From Synergistota bacterium (GTDB lineage Bacteria; Synergistota; GBS-1), in contig JANXBX010000010.1 of NCBI GenBank assembly GCA_025060595.1, forward strand, positions 2,193 to 66,192: a stretch of 64,000 nt of DNA. Direction: 5' to 3'. Shown piece by piece: positions 46,876 through 56,041 of the stretch. The notes under the pieces were generated by a model, which worked only from the letters and a program-made list of their open reading frames with translations, made no database searches and was not told the origin of the DNA. A program made the translations under genes and the position numbers. Numbering within the stretch: position 1 is the stretch's first letter; every line of letters starts with the position of its first letter.

Positions 46876-48159
46876 CTATTCCCTACTCAGCAACCCAAGG
46901 CTTTCCTTAAGTATCTCATAGGCTTTTTCAAGCTCATCCCTCGATATAATAAGAGGTGGTTGAATTCTTATAACGTTTCCATAAACACCCCCAACCCCAA
47001 CAAGAAGCCCCCTCTCCCTACAAAGCCTCCTAAGAGCTTCAGCTTCTTCAGAAGCGGGAGCTTTATCCTTACCCTTAACAAGCTCTATCCCTATCATTAA
47101 CCCTTTACCTCTTATGTCACCTATAAGTTTAAATAGCTCTTTAAGCTCCGCAAGCTTACCTAAAAACCAGTTACCTTTTTCCTCAACTTGCTTAGGAAGA
47201 TCCTCGCGAAGCATAAATTCAATATTTGCTAAGGCAGCTGCACATGAAACAGGATTTCCTCCGAAGGTACTCAAGTGATCACCAGGTCTAAAAGCATTTG
47301 CAAGCTCCTCTTTAGCTATAAATGCCCCCAGAGGAAAACCATCAGCAATTCCCTTAGCCAGAGTCATACCATCAGGTTCAACACCATAATGCTCTATGGC
47401 AAACATCTTACCAGTTCTACCAAAGCCGCTTTGAACTTCATCAACTATAAAGAGTATCCCATACTTGTCAAGTATAGACTTTACTTCTTTAAAATACTCA
47501 GTTGGAGGAACTATAATACCCCCTTCACCTAGGAGAGGTTCGGCAAAAAATGCAGCAACGCTTCCACTCGTATTAAATCTAATCACATCTTCAAGGAACT
47601 TAGCACATCTCAAATCACAACTAGGATAGCTTAAGCCAAAGGAACATCGATAACAGTAAGGCGCAGGCGAAAAAGTTGTTCCAGAAAGATATGGCCCACC
47701 ATTTCTTTTTCTCCCCATATTACCAGTTATGCTTAAGGTCCCAACAGTTCTTCCATGGAAAGAATACTGAAGGGCAATAAACTCATACTTACCTGTAAAT
47801 TGCTTAGATGCTCTCATCGCAGCCTCATTTGCTTCCGCTCCACTATTAGAGAAGAAGGTTTTCTTTAACTTACCAGGTGTAATTTGAGCAAGCTTCTCGG
47901 CTAGATCAGCCACAGGCTTTATATAGTAAACATAAGTACAGGCATGTATTAACTTTTCTATTTGCTCTTTGGCCGCTTTTACAACTTCATCATTACAATG
48001 GCCTGCATTAACAACAGCTATACCAGCGAAGCAGTCAATATACTCCTTTCCACTTTCATCATAAATTATTGCACCTTTAGCTCTTTCTATAACTACAGGT
48101 TCTATAGCTTTAACCATACTCGTATTTACATATTCTCTATACTTCTCTACCGTATTCAT
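46876..48159 (-). CDS. Class-III pyridoxal-phosphate aminotransferase (ArgD/GabT-like)
   Basis: 427 aa. FFSNSGAEANEAA, DEVQSGFGRTGKMFA and TFGGNP motifs. Confidence 0.9.
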   Translation of the reverse strand: MNTVEKYREYVNTSMVKAIEPVVIERAKGAIIYDESGKEYIDCFAGIAVVNAGHCNDEVVKAAKEQIEKLIHACTYVYYIKPVADLAEKLAQITPGKLKKTFFSNSGAEANEAAMRASKQFTGKYEFIALQYSFHGRTVGTLSITGNMGRKRNGGPYLSGTTFSPAPYCYRCSFGLSYPSCDLRCAKFLEDVIRFNTSGSVAAFFAEPLLGEGGIIVPPTEYFKEVKSILDKYGILFIVDEVQSGFGRTGKMFAIEHYGVEPDGMTLAKGIADGFPLGAFIAKEELANAFRPGDHLSTFGGNPVSCAAALANIEFMLREDLPKQVEEKGNWFLGKLAELKELFKLIGDIRGKGLMIGIELVKGKDKAPASEEAEALRRLCRERGLLVGVGGVYGNVIRIQPPLIISRDELEKAYEILKESLGLLSRE

Positions 48160-48162
48160 ATC

Positions 48163-49392
48163 CTATCCCTCTCCCTCCCTTAAAAAATCCAATATGCTTA
48201 AAGCATATATCTTAGCTGTATCAAGAAGGTCTTCTATAATAACATACTCATCCACCTGATGAGGAATCTCCCTTTCTCCCGCTCCTATCACTACTACAGG
48301 GATGTTTTTCCAAGCCCTTAAGAAAGTCCCATCGGTAGCTCCAGGAACACCGTTATAAATAGGCTCTTTCCCCTTAACCTTTCGGTAAGCTCTATGAACT
48401 GCCTTAACTATGGGATCATCCTTAGGGGTACTGACGCAAGGTCTTCTCTCTAAAACCTCAAGCTCATAATTAAAATCCGTAATCTCAAGTTTTATACTAT
48501 CTAAGCAAGCTTTGATTCTCTCTATTAAATCAATATCATCCTGCCCCGGAATAGTCCTTATATCATATCCTATCAAACAATCCTCAGGTATAACATTAAG
48601 CTGACCTTTACCATTAGAAGGGGACATAACAACCGTAGGCGTTATACTCGGATAACCAAGATACTCATGAGCCTTCAGTCTTTCCTTCTCCTCTGCTTCA
48701 AGATCTCTAATCTTCAAGATTGCTTTAGCCATACCTATATTTGGATTTATACCAGCATAAGGCATACAACCATGAGCCATTTTCCCCTTAACTCTAAGAA
48801 TAACCCTTAAAGCTCCTTTTATATCCAGGCAAATTTGATTATCAACAGGTTCACAAATTATAGCACCATCTACATCATCGGCCCAACCGCGCTTTATAAA
48901 ATCCTTTATCCCAATCATAAGGCCTTCCTCATCCACCGGAATGCATAGTATAACCTTCCCTGAGAATTTTATTTCAGAGTCCTTCAAAGCTTTAGCAGCA
49001 ATTATAGCTGCAGCTAAATTCCCTTTTGTATCGCACGAACCCCTACCATAGATCTTCCCATCAACTATTTCTCCACTAAAAGGATGGCATTTCCATCTAT
49101 TTACATCACCTGGAGTAACTACATCAGTATGTCCCTCAAGAAGAATAGTCTTGCCCCCTGAAGCGCCCCTAAGAATGGCAACCACATTAGGCCTCTTAGG
49201 GGCAACTTCCTCTATATAAACATCAAAACCTATACCTTTAAGCCTTTCATACAAAAATTTAGCCACTCTTTCTTCATTAGCATTCTCATCAGAAGGATCA
49301 TAAACGCTTGAAATCCTTATAAGCTCTTGAGTTAAGGATATTAACTCTTCCTCTTTTATAAAGCTTAATATCTTTTTTTCCTCATTGTCCAG
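48163..49392 (-). CDS. M20-family metallopeptidase (ArgE/DapE-like deacylase); start codon unresolved
   Basis: The ORF track starts at GTG 49266. The 44 in-frame upstream codons are stop-free and encode the conserved N-terminus ...EEELISLTQELIRISSVYDPSDENANEERVAKFL. Motifs HTDVV, GRGSCDTKG and EE are present. Candidate CTG at 49392 lies 6 nt after GGGAGTGA. An out-of-frame ATG at 49385 is followed by an A7 tract. Confidence 0.8.
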   Translation of the reverse strand: MDNEEKKILSFIKEEELISLTQELIRISSVYDPSDENANEERVAKFLYERLKGIGFDVYIEEVAPKRPNVVAILRGASGGKTILLEGHTDVVTPGDVNRWKCHPFSGEIVDGKIYGRGSCDTKGNLAAAIIAAKALKDSEIKFSGKVILCIPVDEEGLMIGIKDFIKRGWADDVDGAIICEPVDNQICLDIKGALRVILRVKGKMAHGCMPYAGINPNIGMAKAILKIRDLEAEEKERLKAHEYLGYPSITPTVVMSPSNGKGQLNVIPEDCLIGYDIRTIPGQDDIDLIERIKACLDSIKLEITDFNYELEVLERRPCVSTPKDDPIVKAVHRAYRKVKGKEPIYNGVPGATDGTFLRAWKNIPVVVIGAGEREIPHQVDEYVIIEDLLDTAKIYALSILDFLREGEG

Positions 49393-49398
49393 CTTAAA

Positions 49399-50880
49399 TC
49401 ACTCCCAGAACTTTCTTATAGTTTCCTCTTTTGGAGGCCTTGTCAAAATAGAAACAAAAACAAAAGCTAAAAGCCCGAGTAGAAGCGTTAAAACTATAGG
49501 ATGAGTCCCAAAAGGTCTTTTCCAATACTGGCTCAAAAGAATGAAACTCATGACTCCAACAATTATAGAAGCTATAGCACCAGGAGCATTAGCTCTCTTC
49601 CAGTAAAGGCCCAATATTATTAACCAGAAGAAAGTTGCCTCAAGCCCTCCAAAAGCATAAAGATTTATCCAAATTATTAAAGAAGGAGGTTTTATAGCAA
49701 AGAGAATAACAATAAAGCTAACTAAAGCCGTTATAACCATGCTAAGCCTAGAGATCTTCTTCGGATCAACTTCAGGATTTATATAGTTAAGGTAAAGATC
49801 TTTAACTATAGCGCTTGACACAAGAATAAGCTGGGAGTCAACGGTAGACATTATGGCAGCAAGAGGCGCAGCTAAAAGAAGACCTGCCAACCATGGAGGA
49901 AGGAGATTAAGAGCAAGAAGGGGAATAACTGCATCGCTACCAAGCCCCTTAGGTATTTCAGGAATTATAACCCTTGCAATAACCCCTGTAAGATGAAGCG
50001 AAAGCATCAGAAAGCCCAAAACAAATGTTCCTACAACCATTGCCACATGCATCGATCTTGAATCTTTATAAGCCATGGCTCTTAAAGCATTCTGTGGCAA
50101 ACCTATTATACCTATGCAGACCAGTATCCAGAAAGAGGATATCCAAGGAACTGTAATAAAGTTTTTAACCCCGAAGGGGGTTAACATCTCTGGGTTAATC
50201 TTAGAAAGCGCTTGCATAGCATTAAAGGCTCCACCTGCCCTATTAAAGGCCATAACCATTAAAATAGCTATTCCAATAAACATAACTATTCCCTGGAGAA
50301 CATCAGTTAAAACTACAGCCCTAAAGCCACCGTACGTAACATAAAGCAAGACTACAAGACCAAAAAGAAAAAGCCCCCATACATAAGGTAAACCAGTTAG
50401 AGTTTGAAAAAGCTTTGCTCCTCCTACAAACTGTGCCACAACAGCAACCATAAGAAAGATAACCGCACTTAAAGATGCCAACCAAACTAAAACTGGATTA
50501 TTATCATACCTTTCCCTCAAAACATCTATAAGCGTTACAGCTTTCACTCTTCTCGATATTATCGCAAACCTTTTGCCTAAAATTCCTAATGTGACAAAGG
50601 CAGCAGGAAGCTGAGTCATAGCAAGCAAAACCCATCCAAGCCCTTGAGAGTAAGCTGTTCCAGGACCTCCCAAGTAACTCGAGGCACTTACATAAGTTGC
50701 AACTAAGGTCATCGCAACAACAAAGCCACTAAAGTTAGCTTTACCTAAAAAGTATTCACTTAAAAAATCCTTTTCTTCCTTCAGCTTCTTAGTACTATAA
50801 AAACCTATGTATAGAACTACCACAAGATAAGCTATAAGAGGTATCCATATCTGAATTAAAACCTCCCTTGTAAGATTCAC
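49399..50880 (-). CDS. panF: Sodium/pantothenate symporter (SSS family)
   Basis: 493 aa. Extended similarity to my recollection of E. coli PanF (GGPGTAYSQGLGWVLLAMTQLP, YKDSRS, LAAPLAAIMSTVDSQL, LYAFGGLEA). It is preceded by a YhdT-like small membrane gene, as in E. coli. Confidence 0.85.
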   Translation of the reverse strand: MNLTREVLIQIWIPLIAYLVVVLYIGFYSTKKLKEEKDFLSEYFLGKANFSGFVVAMTLVATYVSASSYLGGPGTAYSQGLGWVLLAMTQLPAAFVTLGILGKRFAIISRRVKAVTLIDVLRERYDNNPVLVWLASLSAVIFLMVAVVAQFVGGAKLFQTLTGLPYVWGLFLFGLVVLLYVTYGGFRAVVLTDVLQGIVMFIGIAILMVMAFNRAGGAFNAMQALSKINPEMLTPFGVKNFITVPWISSFWILVCIGIIGLPQNALRAMAYKDSRSMHVAMVVGTFVLGFLMLSLHLTGVIARVIIPEIPKGLGSDAVIPLLALNLLPPWLAGLLLAAPLAAIMSTVDSQLILVSSAIVKDLYLNYINPEVDPKKISRLSMVITALVSFIVILFAIKPPSLIIWINLYAFGGLEATFFWLIILGLYWKRANAPGAIASIIVGVMSFILLSQYWKRPFGTHPIVLTLLLGLLAFVFVSILTRPPKEETIRKFWE

Positions 50881-51167
50881 TTCTTAACACCTCCTTTCTC
50901 CTCAGGCTCGAGAGGAATTTCTTTGAAAAATAAAGGAATAACAAGCGCTACTAAGACACTGAATATTATAAAGCTCGCTATACAGCTCCAGAAAAACCAG
51001 GCAGGAAAACCCATAACATAAGAATAATCCTTAGGGGACTTTGAACCCAAACCGTAGGCAAAAAGAAACCACCATAAAATGTTGGCTATGAAAAGCACAA
51101 GAACTACTATCGTTTCTTTCCGCATTTGAGAACGTCGAGGATCTTCCCTAAAACCGCTTCCCGTCAT
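50877..51167 (-). CDS. YhdT/DUF997-like small membrane protein (PanF partner)
   Basis: The ORF track starts at 51230. ATG 51167 (MTGSGFRED...) follows AGGGGGGATAG. Two hydrophobic helices. ATGA-type overlap with panF. Confidence 0.6.
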   Translation of the reverse strand: MTGSGFREDPRRSQMRKETIVVLVLFIANILWWFLFAYGLGSKSPKDYSYVMGFPAWFFWSCIASFIIFSVLVALVIPLFFKEIPLEPEEKGGVKK

Positions 51168-51289
51168 AACTATCCCCCCTTTTTTAAAGATCTTATACTC
51201 TATTATAAAGCTATTAGATCCATACATCAAGATTCAAAAATTAGCACTTATTCACAACCATCCTAATCGAACCTTTGAATACTTCTGAC

Positions 51290-51318
51290 TTGATATACAA
51301 CTTAACTTCCTGTATCAT
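51290..51318 (+). promoter_or_regulatory. Candidate sigma-70 promoter of the Cache-PAS-GGDEF / gcv transcription unit
   Basis: TTGATA (51290..51295), a 17-nt spacer, then TATCAT (51313..51318). The SD AAAGGAGG lies about 10 nt downstream. Confidence 0.4.
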
Positions 51319-51342
51319 TTTAGTTAAAAGGAGGATTTTACA

Positions 51343-53220
51343 ATGAGAAAAGCAATGCTTTCTAATTTATCTCTTATATTAATTGTTGTGGTTTTAGTAA
51401 GCACGCCAGTTACTCTCATATTCATTTTTAATTCTGTAAAAGAGACCGTTTACTCTGCTGAAAAAAACCTGATCAGTAACACGCTTGATACATTAATCTC
51501 TTTTATAGATGCTCAGATCAATAGCCTATACCAGGAGAAAAACCTCCGCTTTTTCGAGAGTCATAAAAAGCTTATAAATTTAACTAACACCATAGCTGAT
51601 CTTATAGAAGAGAAAAACTCAAAAGAAATAATAGAAAAAATAGCCTTAATGAATGATGTTACTCTTCTAATATATGAAGGAGAAATACCATTTATATTTG
51701 GAAGAAAAATAATTATTCCATCGGAAGCTTTAAGAAGGGGTCTGTTTAGGCTAAGCCACTATGAGCATTTATTTTTGTGCTTAAATGATCCCGAGCATCC
51801 ACTACTAGTATATTTTAGAAAGCTTTTAGATAAGGACAGAACAATTATAATAATAGATTCCCTAAAGCCATTGATGGAATACTTTGAAAAGAGATTTCAT
51901 CAAAACCTTAGTAGTATTAGAGAAAAAGTAATAAACTTAAAAATAGAAGAAAAGGGATATGTAGTTGTGATCTCAGGAGACAGCGAAAGCTTCGTTATAC
52001 ACCCAAACCCAAAATTTGATGGAAAACCAGTTCCTTTAGAACCACAGAGAAATAGAAACTTAATGAAACTTATTAAAGACTCTATAGATCAAAATACAGG
52101 TTTATTTAACTACCTATGGTATTCAGATGAAGAAGGTAAGGTAGTACCGAAAATAGCACTGGTAAAATATTATAAGCCCCTTAACTGGTATATAGCAGGA
52201 ACTATATACGAGGAAGATCTAAGAAAAAGAATTGAAATATTAAATATATTAGCCGCAACATTGGTAGGAATAGGATCCACAGTTGCATTAATCATTTCTT
52301 TTATATTAACTAAAAAGCTTAGAGAAAACATTAAAAACCTAAAGTTGACCTGGGAAACAGTTAACGTTGGAATAGTTATGTGTCAAAACAATACTTGGGA
52401 GGTAAAAGAAATAAACGATCATCTTAAAAACACATTAGAAAGACGCAGAGAAGAAATATTAGGAAAACCAATAATCAACTTTGTTCACCAAGAAGATAAA
52501 AAACACTTCTTAGAACATTTAAAAAAGGCCTCAAATGGACTATTTGAAAGCTTACAAGCAAGACTCTTAAAAGGCGAAGGAGAGATAGTTCATGCTATAA
52601 TAAGATCGTCACTAATTAAAGAGAAAAATTTAATCCTGCTTTCTGTAACTGACATAACTAAGGTAGTAGAGCTTCAGAAAGAGTTGGAAAGAGCTAATGA
52701 AATTCTCCAAAAACTATCCTCAAGAGACCACTTAACAGGTGCCTTTAATAGAAGAAGCTTAGAAATTAATCTTAAAGAAGAGCTTGAAAAAAGTAAAGAA
52801 GAAGGAGAACCCTTATCCATAATTATGCTTGATATAGACCGTTTTAAGAAAATCAACGATATTTACGGTCACATTATAGGAGACTTTGTATTAAAAAGCT
52901 TAACAAAGCTCTTAACCTTAAAGATACGTTTGGAAGATAGCATATACAGATATGGGGGAGAAGAGTTTATAATTCTACTTTTGAGAACTTATAAAGCTGA
53001 AGGAATAAAAGTCGCAGAAAGACTCAGGTCAGAGATAGAAAATCACGATTTCAACTATAGAGTTAAAGGAGAAACCATGCTTAAGATAAAACTTACCTGT
53101 AGCTTTGGTGTTTCAGCCTTTCCAGAAGATGGCTCTACCCCCGAGGAGCTCATTTCAAAAGCTGATGAAGCGCTTTATAGAGCAAAAAGGAATGGAAGGA
53201 ACAGAGTTGAAGAAGCTTAA
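51343..53220 (+). CDS. Membrane sensor diguanylate cyclase: TM - Cache-like periplasmic domain - TM - PAS - GGDEF
   Basis: 625 aa. N-terminal TM, an extracytoplasmic region with GYVVVISGDS...HPNP...NWYIAGTIYEED (Cache-like), a second TM, a PAS-like segment, then DHLTGAFNRR, LDIDRFKKINDIYGH, RYGGEEF. Confidence 0.88.
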   Translation: MRKAMLSNLSLILIVVVLVSTPVTLIFIFNSVKETVYSAEKNLISNTLDTLISFIDAQINSLYQEKNLRFFESHKKLINLTNTIADLIEEKNSKEIIEKIALMNDVTLLIYEGEIPFIFGRKIIIPSEALRRGLFRLSHYEHLFLCLNDPEHPLLVYFRKLLDKDRTIIIIDSLKPLMEYFEKRFHQNLSSIREKVINLKIEEKGYVVVISGDSESFVIHPNPKFDGKPVPLEPQRNRNLMKLIKDSIDQNTGLFNYLWYSDEEGKVVPKIALVKYYKPLNWYIAGTIYEEDLRKRIEILNILAATLVGIGSTVALIISFILTKKLRENIKNLKLTWETVNVGIVMCQNNTWEVKEINDHLKNTLERRREEILGKPIINFVHQEDKKHFLEHLKKASNGLFESLQARLLKGEGEIVHAIIRSSLIKEKNLILLSVTDITKVVELQKELERANEILQKLSSRDHLTGAFNRRSLEINLKEELEKSKEEGEPLSIIMLDIDRFKKINDIYGHIIGDFVLKSLTKLLTLKIRLEDSIYRYGGEEFIILLLRTYKAEGIKVAERLRSEIENHDFNYRVKGETMLKIKLTCSFGVSAFPEDGSTPEELISKADEALYRAKRNGRNRVEEA

Positions 53221-53238
53221 AGTAAAGGAGGTAATAAG

Positions 53239-54303
53239 TTGAAAAAAACCCCTCTTTATGAAAAACACCTTGAGTTAAAGGCAAAAATGATAGAATTTGG
53301 TGGTTGGGAGATGCCATTACAATATAGCAGCATCTTAGAAGAACATTTATCGGTGAGAAATAACGTGGGAATGTTTGATATAAGTCATATGGGTGAAATT
53401 GAAATATATGGAGACAAAGCTAAAGAAAGCATCTTAAGATTAACTCCAGTTCATGAGAAAAAGCTTATTCCTGGAAAAGCATCCTACTCCTTTTTACTGA
53501 ACGAAAAGGGAGGTATTATAGACGATCTTATAATTTACACGTTTTCCTCAGAAAGATTTATATTAGTAGTTAATGCAGGAAACCTCGAAAAAGACCTTAA
53601 CTGGATAAAAGAACAGGTTTATCCTAAAACAGAAGTCAAAAACCTCTCTGATGATATATCAGCATTATCCATTCAAGGCCCAGCTTCAGAAGAAATATTT
53701 AAAATTTTATTTAGATCCGATCTATCAGATCTAAAATATTACTCCTTTGAGAAAGATTTAAGATACAACAACGTAGAATTTCTTTTCGTCTCAAGAACAG
53801 GATATACGGGAGAGCTTGGATTTGAGATATACGCTCGTCCTGAGGAAATACTGAAGCTATGGGATATCTTACTTAGATTGAATGTAAAACCGTGCGGTTT
53901 AGGGGCAAGAGATGGTCTAAGGCTTGAGGCAGGAATGCCCCTTTACGGACATGAGCTTAATGAAAACATAACACCTTTAGAAGCCAACCTCGAGAGGTTT
54001 GTAGATATAGAGAGGAGCTTCATAGGAAGAGAAGCCTTGATCCAAAGAGAGAGAGAAAAACATCTCATAGGTTTTAAAATGCTTGACAAAGGCGTACCAA
54101 GAGAAGGACAAAAAATCTTCATTCTTAAAAACAAGGAAGAAGTAGGGTATGTAACAAGCGGTGGGTACTCCCCTTGTCTTAACGAGTATATAGGGATGGG
54201 CTATGTAAAGTTATATGATAAAGAAACCGAGCTAGGCATAGACATTCGAGATAAAATAAAAAGAGCAGTTATAACTGCTCTTCCATTTTACAAGAGGAGG
54301 TGA
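53239..54303 (+). CDS. gcvT: Glycine cleavage system T protein (aminomethyltransferase)
   Basis: 354 aa, TTG start after AAAGGAGGT. TPLYEKH, GWEMPLQY, FDISHMG, TGYTGELGFEI. Confidence 0.96.
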   Translation: MKKTPLYEKHLELKAKMIEFGGWEMPLQYSSILEEHLSVRNNVGMFDISHMGEIEIYGDKAKESILRLTPVHEKKLIPGKASYSFLLNEKGGIIDDLIIYTFSSERFILVVNAGNLEKDLNWIKEQVYPKTEVKNLSDDISALSIQGPASEEIFKILFRSDLSDLKYYSFEKDLRYNNVEFLFVSRTGYTGELGFEIYARPEEILKLWDILLRLNVKPCGLGARDGLRLEAGMPLYGHELNENITPLEANLERFVDIERSFIGREALIQREREKHLIGFKMLDKGVPREGQKIFILKNKEEVGYVTSGGYSPCLNEYIGMGYVKLYDKETELGIDIRDKIKRAVITALPFYKRR

Positions 54304-54309
54304 TTTTAA

Positions 54310-54690
54310 TTGATCCCTAAGGAGCTAAAATACACAAAAGAGCATGAGTGGATAAGAATAGAAAATGGTGTAGGAACAGTGGGAATAACTCATTATGCTC
54401 AAGAGCAACTTGGGGATATAGTCTTTGTTGAGCTTCCATCTACTGGAAGAGACGTGGGAAAAATGGAGACAGTAGCTGTAGTAGAATCGGTGAAGGCAGC
54501 TTCGGATATATATACACCTGTAAGCGGAAAGATAATAGAGGTAAACGAGGAGCTAAATAGTTCTCCTAACCTTATAAACGAGGATCCATATGGAAAGGGA
54601 TGGATATTTAAGATAAAATTATCAGATCCAAGAGAAATTAAAGAGCTTCTTTCAGCAGAAGAATATGAAAAACTTATAACGGAGGGTTGA
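54310..54690 (+). CDS. gcvH: Glycine cleavage system H protein
   Basis: 126 aa, TTG start after AGGAGGTGA. The lipoyl-lysine motif VESVKAASD is present. Confidence 0.96.
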   Translation: MIPKELKYTKEHEWIRIENGVGTVGITHYAQEQLGDIVFVELPSTGRDVGKMETVAVVESVKAASDIYTPVSGKIIEVNEELNSSPNLINEDPYGKGWIFKIKLSDPREIKELLSAEEYEKLITEG

Positions 54691-54694
54691 AATC

Positions 54695-56041
54695 ATGCCC
54701 TTTATTCCTCACACTCAAGAAGATGAAAGAGAGATTTTAGATTCTCTTGGAATAAAAAATAAAGAAGAGCTTTTCTCCCATATCCCCCAAGAAATTAGAC
54801 TCAATAGACCGCTCCATCTTCCTCAGCCTCTTTCAGAAGTCGAAATAGAAAAAGAGATCCAAAAAATCGCTTCTGTAAATAAAGGAGTAAATGGCTACAT
54901 TTCCTTTTTAGGAGGTGGAAGCTATAATCACTGGATTCCCTCTACAGTAGAATCTATACTATCAAGGGGAGAGATATTTTCTCCCTATACTCCTTACCAA
55001 CCAGAAGCAAGTCAAGGAACACTTACAATACTTTTTGAATTCCAAACTATGATGTGCGAATTGTTCGAAATGGAAGTGTCAAATGCCTCCGTTTACGATG
55101 GAGCATCAGCTCTTGCAGAAGCATGCCTCATGGCTCTAAGAATTACAAAAAAGGAGGAGGTCATATTATCATCTGCAATACACCCTGAGTATAGAACAGT
55201 TGTAAAAACGTATCTCCAGAGCGCAGGGTTTAGGGTAAAAGAAACACCCTTTAAAAAGAATGGGAAAACAGACCTTGAGACCTTAGAAAGAAATATATCT
55301 AATGACACAGCGGCTTTTGCTATACAAAATCCTAACTTCTTCGGAGTTATAGAAGACCTCGAAGGATTAAAGAAACTGCGAGAAAGTAAAGATATCTTAC
55401 TTATAAGTTGCATAGTTGAACCTATTTCCCTTGGAGTTCTTAAACCTCCTGGAAGTTACAAATCAGATATAGCTGTTGGAGAGGGAAAATCTTTTGGGAT
55501 ACCTTTAAATTTTGGAGGGCCATACCTTGGAATATTCACAAGCAAAATGGAATACGTTAGAAATATGCCAGGAAGAATCGTGGGAGAAACAATAGATATA
55601 GAAGGTAAGAGAGGTTTTGTTCTAACCCTTTCAACAAGAGAACAACACATAAGAAGAGCTAAGGCTACATCAAACATATGTACTAATCACAACATGTGTG
55701 CAATAGCAGCCACTATATATCTTGCATCAGTTGGCAAAAATGGCTTTAAAAAGATATCAGAAATTAACTTGAAAAAAGCCCATTTCTTAGCAAGGGAACT
55801 TCGAAAAAGAGGCTTTGAACTTCTCTTTGACTCTCCATTTTACAACGAATTTGCAATTAAGCTGAGAAGCCCAGAAAGAGCCTTAAATACTGGCCTTGAG
55901 AGAGGGTTTATAGCCGGTCTTCCACTTAAGAGATTTTACCCAGAACTTGAAGAAGGCCTTCTTATAAATGTCACAGAAGTTCATGATGTCCTTAGTCTAG
56001 AAAAATTTGCAGATTTCCTGGAGGAGGTCAAAGATGCCTGA
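54695..56041 (+). CDS. gcvPA: Glycine dehydrogenase (decarboxylating) subunit 1
   Basis: 448 aa. YTPYQPEASQGTL motif and the split P-protein organisation. Confidence 0.95.
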   Translation: MPFIPHTQEDEREILDSLGIKNKEELFSHIPQEIRLNRPLHLPQPLSEVEIEKEIQKIASVNKGVNGYISFLGGGSYNHWIPSTVESILSRGEIFSPYTPYQPEASQGTLTILFEFQTMMCELFEMEVSNASVYDGASALAEACLMALRITKKEEVILSSAIHPEYRTVVKTYLQSAGFRVKETPFKKNGKTDLETLERNISNDTAAFAIQNPNFFGVIEDLEGLKKLRESKDILLISCIVEPISLGVLKPPGSYKSDIAVGEGKSFGIPLNFGGPYLGIFTSKMEYVRNMPGRIVGETIDIEGKRGFVLTLSTREQHIRRAKATSNICTNHNMCAIAATIYLASVGKNGFKKISEINLKKAHFLARELRKRGFELLFDSPFYNEFAIKLRSPERALNTGLERGFIAGLPLKRFYPELEEGLLINVTEVHDVLSLEKFADFLEEVKDA

